A stretch of DNA of 54,797 nucleotides from positions 1 through 54,797 of the IMG/VR virus record IMGVR_UViG_3300046791_000336; one strand, given 5' to 3'. Origin of the DNA: a virus (Duplodnaviria > Caudoviricetes). Positions 15,944 to 26,454 of this stretch are shown piece after piece (position 1 is the stretch's first letter; each line of letters begins with the position of its first letter). Both the position numbers and the translations under genes were made by a program. The notes beneath the pieces are model-generated. The model did no database searches. It was not told the origin of the DNA and worked only from the letters and a program-made list of their open reading frames with translations.

Positions 15944-17676
15944 GCGATTTCAATTTCACCATTACCGCAGCAGCCGAACAGGCCAATCGCGCGATCGATG
16001 AGGTTGAGAAGGGGCTTGGCGGTATTAAAAGACAGGCCGATGAAACCACCAAGGGTATCTCTGGTCTTGGCAAGGGTATCCAGGGCGCATTCGCAGCTGC
16101 CGGCGGTATAGCGCTGATTCATCAGCTCGCTGAAATCGACGACGAATTCACCAACCTGTCTAACCATGCGCTCAAGTTCGTAGATGCCGGTCACGATGTA
16201 TCGCAGATCCTAGAAGAGCAAACAACGCTCGCTCACGAACTACACATGGGACTAGAGACGACGCTGAACGCGTACGACGCGGTTCGTGATGCAACCGACG
16301 AGATGAACCTGACGCACGGTCAGCAGATCCGGTTGACGCAATCACTCGGGGAGGCCGCGACGCTCAGCGGTAAGTCTGTCGAGGGTATGGCCGACGCTAT
16401 GCACGGGCTTAAGGTCGCGATGGAAACTGGGCAGGATCCGGCACGCGTCATCCGCGGTCTCATGAAGGAGTACCCGGACCTTGCGGAGACCTGGCGCATC
16501 GCACTCGGTAAGACGAACAAAGAGATCATCGATCTCGCCGACAAGGGGCAGCTCAGCTTTGAACGGTTGACCGATGCGCTTATCGCGCCAGGCGATGCAC
16601 TTGATAAGCTAGATAAGCAATTCGCGCTGCGCAAGGTCACGTGGTCCCAGCAGTGGGCCGAACTCAAGCACGATCTCGAGCAGCCGATCGATTGGCAGGG
16701 CACGATCGACAACATGTACAATGTTGACCGGGCAATCCTTAAGGTCGTTCACGACCTTGAGACTCAGCGCGAGTTGCTAGAGAAGCTAAACACGGCAGGT
16801 CGCACCGACATTACCGCCTCGTATACGCCCACCCGCATCGAGGTGCCGATTAAGAAAACGTCAGACGCAACCAGGGTAGCCAAGGAAGAGCTTTCCGAAT
16901 ACGAGAAGGTTCTTGCCGCTGCGCTAGAGACTGAGCGCAAGGCGATTAACGAATACAACCTGCTCTCGCAAGCGCTTATGAATCACCCCGAACTGTACCG
17001 ACAGATCAGCGTAGAGCTCGGCAAACGACGAGACATCCTGCTCGAGCTGGGATTACTCGAGGCGAAGAGCGTCACCAATGGGTTTGCGGCCCCGGTCAAC
17101 GACACGGCTGGGATTGATACCGAAAAGCTCCTCGCACAGCAGCAGGCGGTTGTCCTGTGGACCGATACCGCCGCAGGCAAGACCGCAAAGTGGAACGAAG
17201 AGCTTGAGAAGAACAAGAAGACCACCGAGGCGTGGGCCGCAGGACTCGGGTCCATCGCGGCCGAGTTTGTGAACATGGCAGAAACCGGCGACATCTCACT
17301 GGAGAAGCTAGGCTCCTCCCTTGCCAAGCTCGCCCTCCAAATCGCCGCGATGCAGATCGGCGGACCGTGGGGCGCGCTCCTGGGCTCGTTCGCCGGTAGC
17401 GTCAGCCTGCCTGGCCACGCCACAGGCGGTCAGTTCATGGTTGGCGGCTCAGGCGGGACAGACTCCAACCTCGTGGCCTTCCGGGCCAGCGCCAACGAGC
17501 GGGTGACCGTAGAGACCCCGGCACAGGTCCAGGCTGGCGCGTTCGGCGGGGGCGGGACGAGCGTGACCGTGGTCGCCCAGAACAACGAGCGCGACGTAAT
17601 CGCCGCCAGTGGCACTTACGCGGCTCAGCGGGTGTTCGTCCAGAATCAGCGCCGTTTCCGCCAGCGTAACCGCTGA
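15940..17676 (+). CDS. Tape measure protein
   Basis: Helical Ala/Leu-rich 578 aa; C-terminal GHATGGQFMVGGSGGTDS...NERVTV motif. Confidence 0.88.
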   Translation: MSDFNFTITAAAEQANRAIDEVEKGLGGIKRQADETTKGISGLGKGIQGAFAAAGGIALIHQLAEIDDEFTNLSNHALKFVDAGHDVSQILEEQTTLAHELHMGLETTLNAYDAVRDATDEMNLTHGQQIRLTQSLGEAATLSGKSVEGMADAMHGLKVAMETGQDPARVIRGLMKEYPDLAETWRIALGKTNKEIIDLADKGQLSFERLTDALIAPGDALDKLDKQFALRKVTWSQQWAELKHDLEQPIDWQGTIDNMYNVDRAILKVVHDLETQRELLEKLNTAGRTDITASYTPTRIEVPIKKTSDATRVAKEELSEYEKVLAAALETERKAINEYNLLSQALMNHPELYRQISVELGKRRDILLELGLLEAKSVTNGFAAPVNDTAGIDTEKLLAQQQAVVLWTDTAAGKTAKWNEELEKNKKTTEAWAAGLGSIAAEFVNMAETGDISLEKLGSSLAKLALQIAAMQIGGPWGALLGSFAGSVSLPGHATGGQFMVGGSGGTDSNLVAFRASANERVTVETPAQVQAGAFGGGGTSVTVVAQNNERDVIAASGTYAAQRVFVQNQRRFRQRNR

Positions 17677-17707
17677 AATCGACCGCATCGCCTGACGGCG
17701 GGACGCT
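17677..17707 (+). promoter_or_regulatory. Late promoter after tape measure
   Basis: AATCGACC (17677-17684)-N17-GACGCT-N6-ATG(17714). Confidence 0.78.
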
Positions 17708-17713
17708 TAGGGC

Positions 17714-19660
17714 ATGAGACGACCCTTAGTGGCTCTGGTCATGGGGATCATGATCGGGCTGGCCATAGTGGCGATTCCGTCATCGGCGCAGCCTGTCCTC
17801 AGCGGCGGGCTACGGCTACCGTCCGGGTGCTCCACCAACGATCTGCCAAAGTGGACCGGATCGACGTGGGCGTGCTCGGGCGGCCCCGCTGTCACGGGTA
17901 GCGGCTCGAGCGGCAGGTCTACCAGGTGGGCGAGCTCGAGTTCGATCGGTAACGGCGCCTGGACCGACGACGGGACCAACGCCACGTCACAAGGCACGGT
18001 CACGTCGACCGGCGCGTTCACGACCGGCACCTCTTCATCGCTCGTCGGCGCCACGATCTGGGGCCCGTCATCGGTTCGCAACCTCGCCAGCACCGGCATC
18101 CCGACATCACTAGCAGGCGGGGCGGCGGGAACGTTCTACGTGGTCTCGCCATCCGGTAACTACGGGATCGTTTCAGCGCGCGCGACCAACGACGCCAACG
18201 GTGCACACATCGCTCTCTACAAGACGAGATCAACGGACGCGTCCGTCAAGACCGCGGTCGTCAACGCGGACACGATCGGCGGCCTAGACTTCCAGGCCGC
18301 GAGCGATTCGTCGACAGTGGTCTCGCCGTCATCGCTCTATGCGGTTGTCGATGGCGCCGTGTCGGCCGGCGTTGTTCCGACGTCGCTTCGGTTGTTCACC
18401 GGCTCCACGTCGCCGATCCTCGCGCTGAATCTCGACTCGTCGCAGAACGCAACCTTCTACGCGGCAGTGACGGCGACCGGTCTCCTCACTGCAACGGCTG
18501 GCGGAACGACCCCAGCGAACTGGACCACAACCGGAACCGGCGACCTGGTTTCCGCCGATGACCTTACCGTCGGCGACGACGCTACGATCACGGACACGCT
18601 TTCGTGTACCGGAGACTTCGCAGTCAACACGAACAAATTCAACGTGACCGCGTCGAGCGGCAACACCACGGTCGCCGGCACGCTCGCATCAACCGGCGCG
18701 ATCACTGACGGCGGCAATCGTGTGTTCTCCGTAGCTGGAGCTGGACTCACGAGCACGACGAGCTCAGTCGATGTTGTAGCCGCATCTGGCGGAGGTCTCG
18801 TAGTCAACGCGAACGACGTCGGCATGATCACCACATGCAACACGGGCGAGCGGCTCGCGTACGAGGGCGGCTCGTGGGTGTGCCGTCAGATCCAGAACGA
18901 CTACAGCGCCAAGCATTACGAATGGAACGACGAGTACACGATGCTGAACTGCGCCAACACTGGGCAGTGCGGCAGCTTCTTCACTGCTCGCGTGTCGGGC
19001 GCGAGCGCTGCATGCACCGGCATCGGCATCGTGGCCAACAGCAACCGGCCCGGAATGATGGAGTTCCTAACCGGATCTACCAATACCGGGTTGGCCGCAC
19101 TTACGACCGTTGCCAACATGCTCGACTTCGCCGCCACTACGTCGGTGTCATTCGAGGCGACGGTAGGGTGGCCGACTCTGTCCACATCCGGCGAGGGATA
19201 CGCGAGCGTCGTTGGATTCGCTGATTCGTTCAACCTGATCGACTTCGCCGACGGCTGCTACTTCCTCTACGACGAGCGAAACGCGGCGGCTACCGGGTCG
19301 AACACCAGCAACCTGAACAAGCTCTCGTGCTGGTGTGCGAAGGGCAGCAACCGAACCAAGTTCTTGATGGACGGTTCAACCGTCAGCGATGGTTCGTTCA
19401 CCACAGTTGATGCACCGGTCGCCGCTGCGGTGCTGCCGGACACGAACATGTACCGGCTCAAGATCACGTTCGACGGTACGACCGCGAAGTTCTATCGCAA
19501 CGGCGTCGACAGCTGCCACATCACGACTAACGTTCCAAACTCGAGCGCTTACACGGGCGTTCAGCTCAACATGCTCAAGTCGGTCGGCGGCACGACCAGG
19601 AGTATGTATCTCGATCAGACGCGCATCGTGCTCGACTACAGCGCAGTGAGGTCACCGTAA
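17714..19660 (+). CDS. Fibre/adhesin-like protein with N-terminal signal peptide and lectin-like C-terminal domain
   Basis: MRRPLVALVMGIMIGLAIVAIPSSA-QP; Ser/Thr/Gly-rich beta repeats; C-terminal YRLKITFDGTTAKFYRNG...MYLD. Confidence 0.65.
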   Translation: MRRPLVALVMGIMIGLAIVAIPSSAQPVLSGGLRLPSGCSTNDLPKWTGSTWACSGGPAVTGSGSSGRSTRWASSSSIGNGAWTDDGTNATSQGTVTSTGAFTTGTSSSLVGATIWGPSSVRNLASTGIPTSLAGGAAGTFYVVSPSGNYGIVSARATNDANGAHIALYKTRSTDASVKTAVVNADTIGGLDFQAASDSSTVVSPSSLYAVVDGAVSAGVVPTSLRLFTGSTSPILALNLDSSQNATFYAAVTATGLLTATAGGTTPANWTTTGTGDLVSADDLTVGDDATITDTLSCTGDFAVNTNKFNVTASSGNTTVAGTLASTGAITDGGNRVFSVAGAGLTSTTSSVDVVAASGGGLVVNANDVGMITTCNTGERLAYEGGSWVCRQIQNDYSAKHYEWNDEYTMLNCANTGQCGSFFTARVSGASAACTGIGIVANSNRPGMMEFLTGSTNTGLAALTTVANMLDFAATTSVSFEATVGWPTLSTSGEGYASVVGFADSFNLIDFADGCYFLYDERNAAATGSNTSNLNKLSCWCAKGSNRTKFLMDGSTVSDGSFTTVDAPVAAAVLPDTNMYRLKITFDGTTAKFYRNGVDSCHITTNVPNSSAYTGVQLNMLKSVGGTTRSMYLDQTRIVLDYSAVRSP

Positions 19661-20494
19661 GTGTCCGCTGGCTGGGCAAAGAACGAGGTCACCGCGGTCA
19701 AGCGACGCTGTGGGCTCATCATCCTTAAGAACGATGGCGCGATGTCCCCGCGCGAGACCAACTTCTCGGGGCTCGCCATCATCTGCGGCGTCAACTCGCC
19801 GCACTTCGATACAGCGCTCGGAACGATTACGAACCAGCGCAAGCCGCTCAACGTACCCGGCTACCCAGCGCTCACTGGCGGACTGATTACCAGCGTTGAC
19901 GATGACGATGACACTGTGGAGATCGCTGGCCACGGGTTCGAGATCGGCGACGGACCGGTCCAACTGACAACCGGATTCCCGATTCCGGCCGGCACTGCGA
20001 CGCTCACCGACTATTGGGTGGTTCCAGTTGACGTCGACAATTTCAAATTCGCGCTGTCTGTCGCCGATGCCTATGCGGGCATCGTAGTTGACATCACTGA
20101 CCTGACCGATGGCGGCATGGTTGAGGTCATTACCGGGGCGCAGCGCGGAGTAGACGGTCACTTTGTCTATGAGGCAACCCAGGCAGAGACCAACCACGAT
20201 GCGGCAGAGACCATCGTGTGCATCGACACGGCCCTTTACGAGCGAGACCTCGGCGGCGGCGCATACACCACCGTCTTGATGTCAACCAGCTTCGTAGACT
20301 TCGGCGAAGCAGAGCTCGAAAACGGATTAACACGCGACGACGCCTGGCGCGTCATCCTGCGGTCATTGGCCGCAGTCTTTAGCAAAAGCGGCAATGACTA
20401 CGTGTTCCGAGATATGGCTGATTCTAAGGACAGCCATCACGGAACCGTTACGAGTGCCGGGCGCGTTGACGCCGAGGTGGATGACCCAACATGA
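19661..20494 (+). CDS. Virion structural protein (fibre adaptor-like)
   Basis: GHGFEIGDGPVQL...DYWVVPVDVDNFKFALS module seen in phage tail proteins; synteny. Confidence 0.5.
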   Translation: MSAGWAKNEVTAVKRRCGLIILKNDGAMSPRETNFSGLAIICGVNSPHFDTALGTITNQRKPLNVPGYPALTGGLITSVDDDDDTVEIAGHGFEIGDGPVQLTTGFPIPAGTATLTDYWVVPVDVDNFKFALSVADAYAGIVVDITDLTDGGMVEVITGAQRGVDGHFVYEATQAETNHDAAETIVCIDTALYERDLGGGAYTTVLMSTSFVDFGEAELENGLTRDDAWRVILRSLAAVFSKSGNDYVFRDMADSKDSHHGTVTSAGRVDAEVDDPT

Positions 20495-22248
20495 GTGATT
20501 TCGTCGACGACTTGACCGCGCTCGCTGGGCCCAAGGTCCAGGCGACAACGATTCCAGAGGGCTCTGAGGACCTAGGTCTTTCCGCCGGCGACTGGAACGA
20601 GATGCGCCAGGCTGCGTACGACATGCGCGCGCATATCATCGCGCTCGGCGATGGCCCTACCGGCAGCTCGCTTTACTACAACGTCACGGCTTCGCCATAT
20701 AGCGCGGCAGGCGATGGCGTCACTGACGACACCGCATCGATCCAGGCGGCGATCGATGACGCTGCGGAGTTCGGTGGCATCGTCTACATCCCAGTTGGGA
20801 CCTATATGATCTCTCAGGCGTCACCATCAATCGGTTACTGCCTGACGGTGCCGAGCAACGTCACATTGCTCGGCGAGACCCGCGGGGGGTCAATCCTCTT
20901 CATGGACGGCGGGCAACCGGCCTTCACCAGGCCGATCAACATCGGGCTATCTGATACCCCAGCATCCAACGTCTTAATCAGCACGTTGACGGTTGACGGC
21001 AATAAGGACAACCAGTCCGTAGAAGAGCACCGAGCAGGAGTCTTCATCTCCGCGGATAGCTCGCTCATTCGCGGCTACAACTTGGTTCTGAAGAACAACA
21101 GCGGCGACGGCTGGGCGCATCACAGCGGCGTGGCCAACGTTCTTGTCGAGTGGTGCGATGTCCACGACAACGATCGCCACGGCGTCGAGTGCTCTGGCGG
21201 CGGGCAGAACAACATCACGGTTCGCAAATGTCGGATCTACGACAACGCAGGCATCCCGGTGAACACGGAGACCGAGGTGGGTGCGGATCCGGTCACCAAC
21301 TACTTCGTAATGGACAACTACCTGGAAAGCACCGGCGTTGGTGTCGCTTGCGACGGCGTCGGCACGGACCCCAACGAACTATCAAACGGATTTTTCATCG
21401 CCGGCAACGTGATCATCGGCGCTGTGTATTGTTTCTACTCGAACAAGATTCGCATCATCGGCAACCGGATCGCACCCACTGCCGAGTGCCAGACAAACCC
21501 CGTCTGGATTAACCGCGCCTGCTCGGATGTGATCGTCGCGAACAATCACATCAAACTGATCGTTAGCGACCTCTCCGACACCATCGGAGCCGTCATCGTA
21601 ACTGGCACCCTGGATGACGAGATGGCGGATGGGGTCAAGATCCTAGACAACGTCATCGAGACCACGTGGGTCGACAGCGTGGGCGTGATCCTGAACAACG
21701 TCAGGTCCACCGAGATTCGCGGCAATTCGATCATCGGCCCGGGCTCCGGCATCGGCGACGGCATCTCGATTCGGAGCACGACGACATTCGATATGGAAAC
21801 GTTCGTAATCCAGGACAACATCATCTCCGGGTTCCGTCGTGGCGTTCTTGCGTGGGGTTACGCTAGCGGCGACGGGCCGATCAAGAATCTGATCATCGGC
21901 GGCAACACGATCGCCGCCAACGGCAACTCGAACGCTCTGGGTGCATTTGATCTGGATTACGACGACCGCCACAACGTCGAGCAATGCGCGGTCTACAGCA
22001 ACGAGCTGATCGACATCCCGGAGGCATTCAAGAGCATCGCCGGCGGAGCGCAAACTGGTTACCCGGACTGCGCTGTGCTCTGTGGTGGCAATCGATTTGG
22101 TGGCGGTCAGTATCTCGTGCAGGCCACTCCCGAGGGAAACCTGGTCGAGTTACCCGGCGCAACGGCATTCGATGTCGTCAACGGAGAGATGTACATCAAG
22201 GTTACCGGCTCCAGCGATACCGGCTGGGCGCTTATCACCCACGCCTAG
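20491..22248 (+). CDS. Tailspike, right-handed beta-helix (pectate lyase 3-like depolymerase)
   Basis: AAGDGVTDDTASIQAAID...GIVYIPVGTY followed by parallel beta-helix repeats (IxGNxI). Confidence 0.85.
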   Translation: MSDFVDDLTALAGPKVQATTIPEGSEDLGLSAGDWNEMRQAAYDMRAHIIALGDGPTGSSLYYNVTASPYSAAGDGVTDDTASIQAAIDDAAEFGGIVYIPVGTYMISQASPSIGYCLTVPSNVTLLGETRGGSILFMDGGQPAFTRPINIGLSDTPASNVLISTLTVDGNKDNQSVEEHRAGVFISADSSLIRGYNLVLKNNSGDGWAHHSGVANVLVEWCDVHDNDRHGVECSGGGQNNITVRKCRIYDNAGIPVNTETEVGADPVTNYFVMDNYLESTGVGVACDGVGTDPNELSNGFFIAGNVIIGAVYCFYSNKIRIIGNRIAPTAECQTNPVWINRACSDVIVANNHIKLIVSDLSDTIGAVIVTGTLDDEMADGVKILDNVIETTWVDSVGVILNNVRSTEIRGNSIIGPGSGIGDGISIRSTTTFDMETFVIQDNIISGFRRGVLAWGYASGDGPIKNLIIGGNTIAANGNSNALGAFDLDYDDRHNVEQCAVYSNELIDIPEAFKSIAGGAQTGYPDCAVLCGGNRFGGGQYLVQATPEGNLVELPGATAFDVVNGEMYIKVTGSSDTGWALITHA

Positions 22249-22250
22249 CC

Positions 22251-23912
22251 ATGAGCGACTGGGTTTCCAAATGGAACTCGGAATGGATCCTCGAGTGGCT
22301 CGGGATGTGCCCGGCCAACACGTTTGATTTCGAGTTCCCGATCGTATTCAACTGGTTCACCAACTGCGGTGATGGTGGACCTCCGTTCACCGGATACGGA
22401 GATGCCGGCGCGATGACGCTCGTGCTTGACCTCGAGAATGGGTTCTCGGTCAAACACAGTTGGATTACTGACGTCATCAAGGCGCGCTCTGGCGTAGAGC
22501 AGCGCATCTCGAGAAACGATACCGACCGCGAGAGCTATGCTGGTGTGGCCTTCCTTACCGGTGAGAACCCGCGCGCGATCCGCGGCGCGCTGGCACGGTA
22601 TGCCGCCATTGGCTCTACGTTCTTGCTCGGCATCCCACACGAGGAGATTGCGCTACGTGCCGACTCGTTCGGTACCACGGTCTACGTTCCAGCTGGTGCG
22701 CTGGCCCTGGTGGACTGGGCAACGACCGGGCAACGCGTTGTAGTGGCTCACGTTGACGACGAGGGCGAGATCCGAGCGGTCAGCGCGGTGGTCCAGTCAG
22801 CAGACGCGGACAGCATCGAGCTCGATATCCAGCCCGGTGCCGCAGGTGCATACGGCGGCACTATCATGCCGGCCAAGGCGGCCTACCTGGAGCCTCAACA
22901 GAACTTCCCGCGCTACCAGGTCAACGCGGAGCAATGGCAGCTGCAAGCGCGGTGCGCGATGCCGATCGACTTTGCACCGGTGCTTGCGAGCTTGAGCCTC
23001 GATGACATCACCGTGTCTGCGGCGTTTGACAGCGCGGTGGTTACCGCACGCGAGTTCGGTCTCATCGGGAACACCAGATTGTTCTACCTGTTCTCGGATG
23101 TCGGCGCACCTGCCGCCGGGACGCTACTCGAGGACCTGGATACCGGTGAATTCGGGTTCACGTACAAGCCTGGCGTGTCAACCATGGGGGACCTGGCGAC
23201 CGCGCTCGATGCGTCCGTGCTCGGCAAGCTAACCGGATCATGGGTCGCCGCCGATACGATTGCCAGTGGCGACCAGTTCGCTCCTGTCGCGTTGACCGGT
23301 GCTGGTGATACCGGCGCGGTTGGCACAGGAGCGACGCTGGAGGAATACGAGAGCCGCAAGGTGTGGAGTCGGGCGCTCAACATCGAGGGCACGATCACGG
23401 ATGGCATTCACGCGATGACGCAAATCCTGGATCACGGTGGCGTCCCGTACGCGCTAGGTACCGCTGACAAGGCGGATTGGTTCCGCGCGGTCTCAATCAG
23501 CGGCGGCGACCAGTACGACTGGCAATGGTTCAAGTTGTTCATGTCTACGGTCGTTGGCAGGCAGAAGAAGTTCTGGCTCCCCACGTGGCGCGACGACCTT
23601 CTGTACTTCTCGCACGCAGGGACGGCGCTGACGATCGATGTAGACGCTGGAGACTTCACCGCATGGTGGCCAGCTCAGCGGCAACACATCCAGGTCGCGC
23701 AAGGCGACACGGTTACGTATGCCGAGGTCCTGGCGGCGGTAGACAACGACGACGGCACTCGAACGCTGACGCTGAGCGTGTCCCTGGACGTCTCCGCGGT
23801 CACGATGGTCTCGTGGCTCGAGCTCTGCCGGTTCGAGAATGCGGACGAGTACACGACCGTGCACAACCAGCACGGGTTTGACGTCACGCTGACGGCAAGG
23901 GTGGTGCCATGA
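22251..23912 (+). CDS. Distal tail protein-like (GTA/YuA-type tail tip)
   Basis: WITDVIKARSGVEQRIS, GRQKKFWLPTW, VSWLELCRF; ATG follows tailspike stop. Confidence 0.7.
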   Translation: MSDWVSKWNSEWILEWLGMCPANTFDFEFPIVFNWFTNCGDGGPPFTGYGDAGAMTLVLDLENGFSVKHSWITDVIKARSGVEQRISRNDTDRESYAGVAFLTGENPRAIRGALARYAAIGSTFLLGIPHEEIALRADSFGTTVYVPAGALALVDWATTGQRVVVAHVDDEGEIRAVSAVVQSADADSIELDIQPGAAGAYGGTIMPAKAAYLEPQQNFPRYQVNAEQWQLQARCAMPIDFAPVLASLSLDDITVSAAFDSAVVTAREFGLIGNTRLFYLFSDVGAPAAGTLLEDLDTGEFGFTYKPGVSTMGDLATALDASVLGKLTGSWVAADTIASGDQFAPVALTGAGDTGAVGTGATLEEYESRKVWSRALNIEGTITDGIHAMTQILDHGGVPYALGTADKADWFRAVSISGGDQYDWQWFKLFMSTVVGRQKKFWLPTWRDDLLYFSHAGTALTIDVDAGDFTAWWPAQRQHIQVAQGDTVTYAEVLAAVDNDDGTRTLTLSVSLDVSAVTMVSWLELCRFENADEYTTVHNQHGFDVTLTARVVP

Positions 23913-24814
23913 GCGATCCTGTTCTTGACCTGGAAGCGGGGGAGGAATCGTCTAGTCCGCGTGAATACTTTGACGTGATAGTTGGGGCTGTAACTTATCG
24001 ACTGACGAGCGGGACTCGCGATCTACTGATCGGTTCTACGCTGTATCTCGCCACTGCGATCAGTCGGGCCGACCTGAGTACGATGCAGGTTCGCTCTGGT
24101 GGCGACAACACGATAGAGGTCCGCGTCCCGGTAAATCACGCGCTTGTCAAAAGATGGTTGCGCGGTGGGGTGCCCCCAAAAACCGCATCACTCACCGCTT
24201 ACCGCGCATACATCCCATCTATGGACACCGAACGATTTTGGAGCGGCCCCATTGTATCAATGGACTTCAGCGAACAGGGAATCGCCAAGCTCGTAGTCGC
24301 ATCGCAGATGGGCGAACCGCTACGTAAACGGCTGCCCACTATCACGGCGGGGTCGCAGTGCAGCCACGTCCTATACGACTCGGGATGCAAGATCGATCGC
24401 GACGGGGTTAACGGAGACGGCTATCCGTATCTCTGTTCAACAACTGTGCTCGCGGTCTCAGGCAGAGACATCAGGGTGGACCTGTCGACGATCCCGGCCG
24501 GCTACACGCATCGCGCGACCTGGCTTGCGCTAGGCGAGGTCATTGCTACCAGCGGCGACGCTATCGGCGATCGGATGAGCATCCGGGATCAAAACGATCC
24601 ATCTCCTGGGGTAAGCACGGTTACTGTGGTCGGAATGCAACTGCCAATGTCTGGGCTCAAGATTGGCGACACCGTCACCCTGATGGCTGGCTGCGCGCAC
24701 GATATCGCCGCCTGTAATTCCAAGTTTTCGAATAAAGAAAACTACGGGGGGCTGCCCTTCATGAATCCAAACAACCCATATCGCGCACCGCAGTCGGGAC
24801 CGAGGCGATCATGA
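23909..24814 (+). CDS. Tail hub protein (DUF2163/BR0599-like, Cys-ligated)
   Basis: CSHVLYDSGC and AGCAHDIAACNSKFSNKENYGGLPF. Confidence 0.85.
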   Translation: MSDPVLDLEAGEESSSPREYFDVIVGAVTYRLTSGTRDLLIGSTLYLATAISRADLSTMQVRSGGDNTIEVRVPVNHALVKRWLRGGVPPKTASLTAYRAYIPSMDTERFWSGPIVSMDFSEQGIAKLVVASQMGEPLRKRLPTITAGSQCSHVLYDSGCKIDRDGVNGDGYPYLCSTTVLAVSGRDIRVDLSTIPAGYTHRATWLALGEVIATSGDAIGDRMSIRDQNDPSPGVSTVTVVGMQLPMSGLKIGDTVTLMAGCAHDIAACNSKFSNKENYGGLPFMNPNNPYRAPQSGPRRS

Positions 24815-26454
24815 ACCCGTGGCTCGTAGGTGCATACGTTGTCTTTCTCGGTGGCTCTATCCTTTGGAGAAAAATCACAGAGAAAAAGCCAGCATTACCC
24901 CGTCCACCTGCGGTGTCGTTGCCGCGGACAGAGGAGGGTTCGAACATCCCGATAGTGATCGGCAGGGTGCGAGTTCGGTCTCCTATTTTGGCGTACGACG
25001 GAAAGCAGTTCGCGCTAAGCGTTCCAGACAACATCGAGTTCATCGGACTATCTCTCGACACCGCGCCGAGTCGATACGTCTATCTCAAGAACCTCCACTG
25101 GGTTCTCGGTTTTGCCATGGAGGATGGCAACGGAACAAGCCACATCTACAACATGTGGCTTGGTACCCAGAAGCTTGGTCATTCGGGAACAGTCCTACCC
25201 GAGGAGTTCACCGGATTCGGAAACTTCGAGCCGCTAACGCTTGGACGTGCGGTGTGGGATTCCGCATTCGTTGCTCTGCCGTCGATCGTCCCGGCGGTTG
25301 CAGTGGAAGATGAGAGCAGGTTCCAGTTTCCGTTCCAGTGCGATCTTGAATTCCTGAACGGACACCCGAACCAACTGGTAATTCTTGGTGATGACTCGCC
25401 GTCCACATACCTCGGCAAGCACATGACCGTGACGACGAGCGACTTCTCTGAGACGTACAGAGATTACAGCGGCACGATTCCGCCCGAGCAGGTCCCTGCG
25501 TATCGCGGGCTACTCAGCGCGTTCTTGTTCCATCTCGGAGATACCAGCGACCTGCGCCAGTATTGCTGTCTCGGCGGTCCATCTATGCCGTCTCCGAGTT
25601 TTGAGGTTTCCAGCAACGCCACGAGTCACGCGCTGCTTGGACCATACGCAACCATCTTTGGAATTGATGCGAACCCGGCTGTAGCGATCTTCGATTTGCT
25701 TACCGGCCGAATCGGAAAACTGGGAATACCCGAGAGCAATATCGATGTCGATTCGTTTGTTACCGCAGCTCAGGATTTGAACGCGGAACATCACGGCTAC
25801 TCCAGATCGTTTGAGAACGGAGAGACCGCGGAGGAGATGCTAGAGGAGATCCTCACGCAAATTCATGCCGTCTTGTTCGAGGACAGGGCAACCGGAAAAC
25901 TGGTGCTGCGCCTTATCCGACCAAACTACGACCCGTCCGCGCTGCTCGTGCTGAACAAGAACAACTGCGAGAAGTTCGATCTTGAAAGCGTTGGCTGGAG
26001 CGACCTTCCAAACAAGGTCCGCGTGACCTACGCCAGTCGCGCCAAGGACTATGAGCAGGACAGTGTTGCGGCTCAGTCGCTGGCCAGCATCGTGGCTGAG
26101 GGGCGCGTACGCGAAGAGGTGATCGATTACCCAGGCGTAGCTACCGCAGCGCATGCCGGCGAGCTCGCCGAACGAGACCTCGCTGATTTGTCCCGTCCAC
26201 TGATGGCCGCAACGGCACTAGTCAACCGTGAGTTTTTTCGGGTGGAGCCGGGTCAGCCGATCATGGTCGTGATGTCAGACCCGGATATCTCATCGATTGT
26301 GTTCCGCGTGATCTCAATCGATCTGGGCACGCTCGAGCAGGGAGCCATTCGGCTTGGATTGGTTCAGGATAGCGCGTACGTCCATCGGCTGAGCACGCCA
26401 CTGCCGCCGGACTTTGGATCGTCTGGTCTCGATGGACTCGGTATCGGCGGTTAG
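24811..26454 (+). CDS. Central tail tip protein (phage tail_3/GTA megatron-like)
   Basis: EEGSNIPIVIGRVRV, PAYRGL, DANPA, TGKLVLRLIR, LPNKVRVTY. Confidence 0.8.
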   Translation: MNPWLVGAYVVFLGGSILWRKITEKKPALPRPPAVSLPRTEEGSNIPIVIGRVRVRSPILAYDGKQFALSVPDNIEFIGLSLDTAPSRYVYLKNLHWVLGFAMEDGNGTSHIYNMWLGTQKLGHSGTVLPEEFTGFGNFEPLTLGRAVWDSAFVALPSIVPAVAVEDESRFQFPFQCDLEFLNGHPNQLVILGDDSPSTYLGKHMTVTTSDFSETYRDYSGTIPPEQVPAYRGLLSAFLFHLGDTSDLRQYCCLGGPSMPSPSFEVSSNATSHALLGPYATIFGIDANPAVAIFDLLTGRIGKLGIPESNIDVDSFVTAAQDLNAEHHGYSRSFENGETAEEMLEEILTQIHAVLFEDRATGKLVLRLIRPNYDPSALLVLNKNNCEKFDLESVGWSDLPNKVRVTYASRAKDYEQDSVAAQSLASIVAEGRVREEVIDYPGVATAAHAGELAERDLADLSRPLMAATALVNREFFRVEPGQPIMVVMSDPDISSIVFRVISIDLGTLEQGAIRLGLVQDSAYVHRLSTPLPPDFGSSGLDGLGIGG

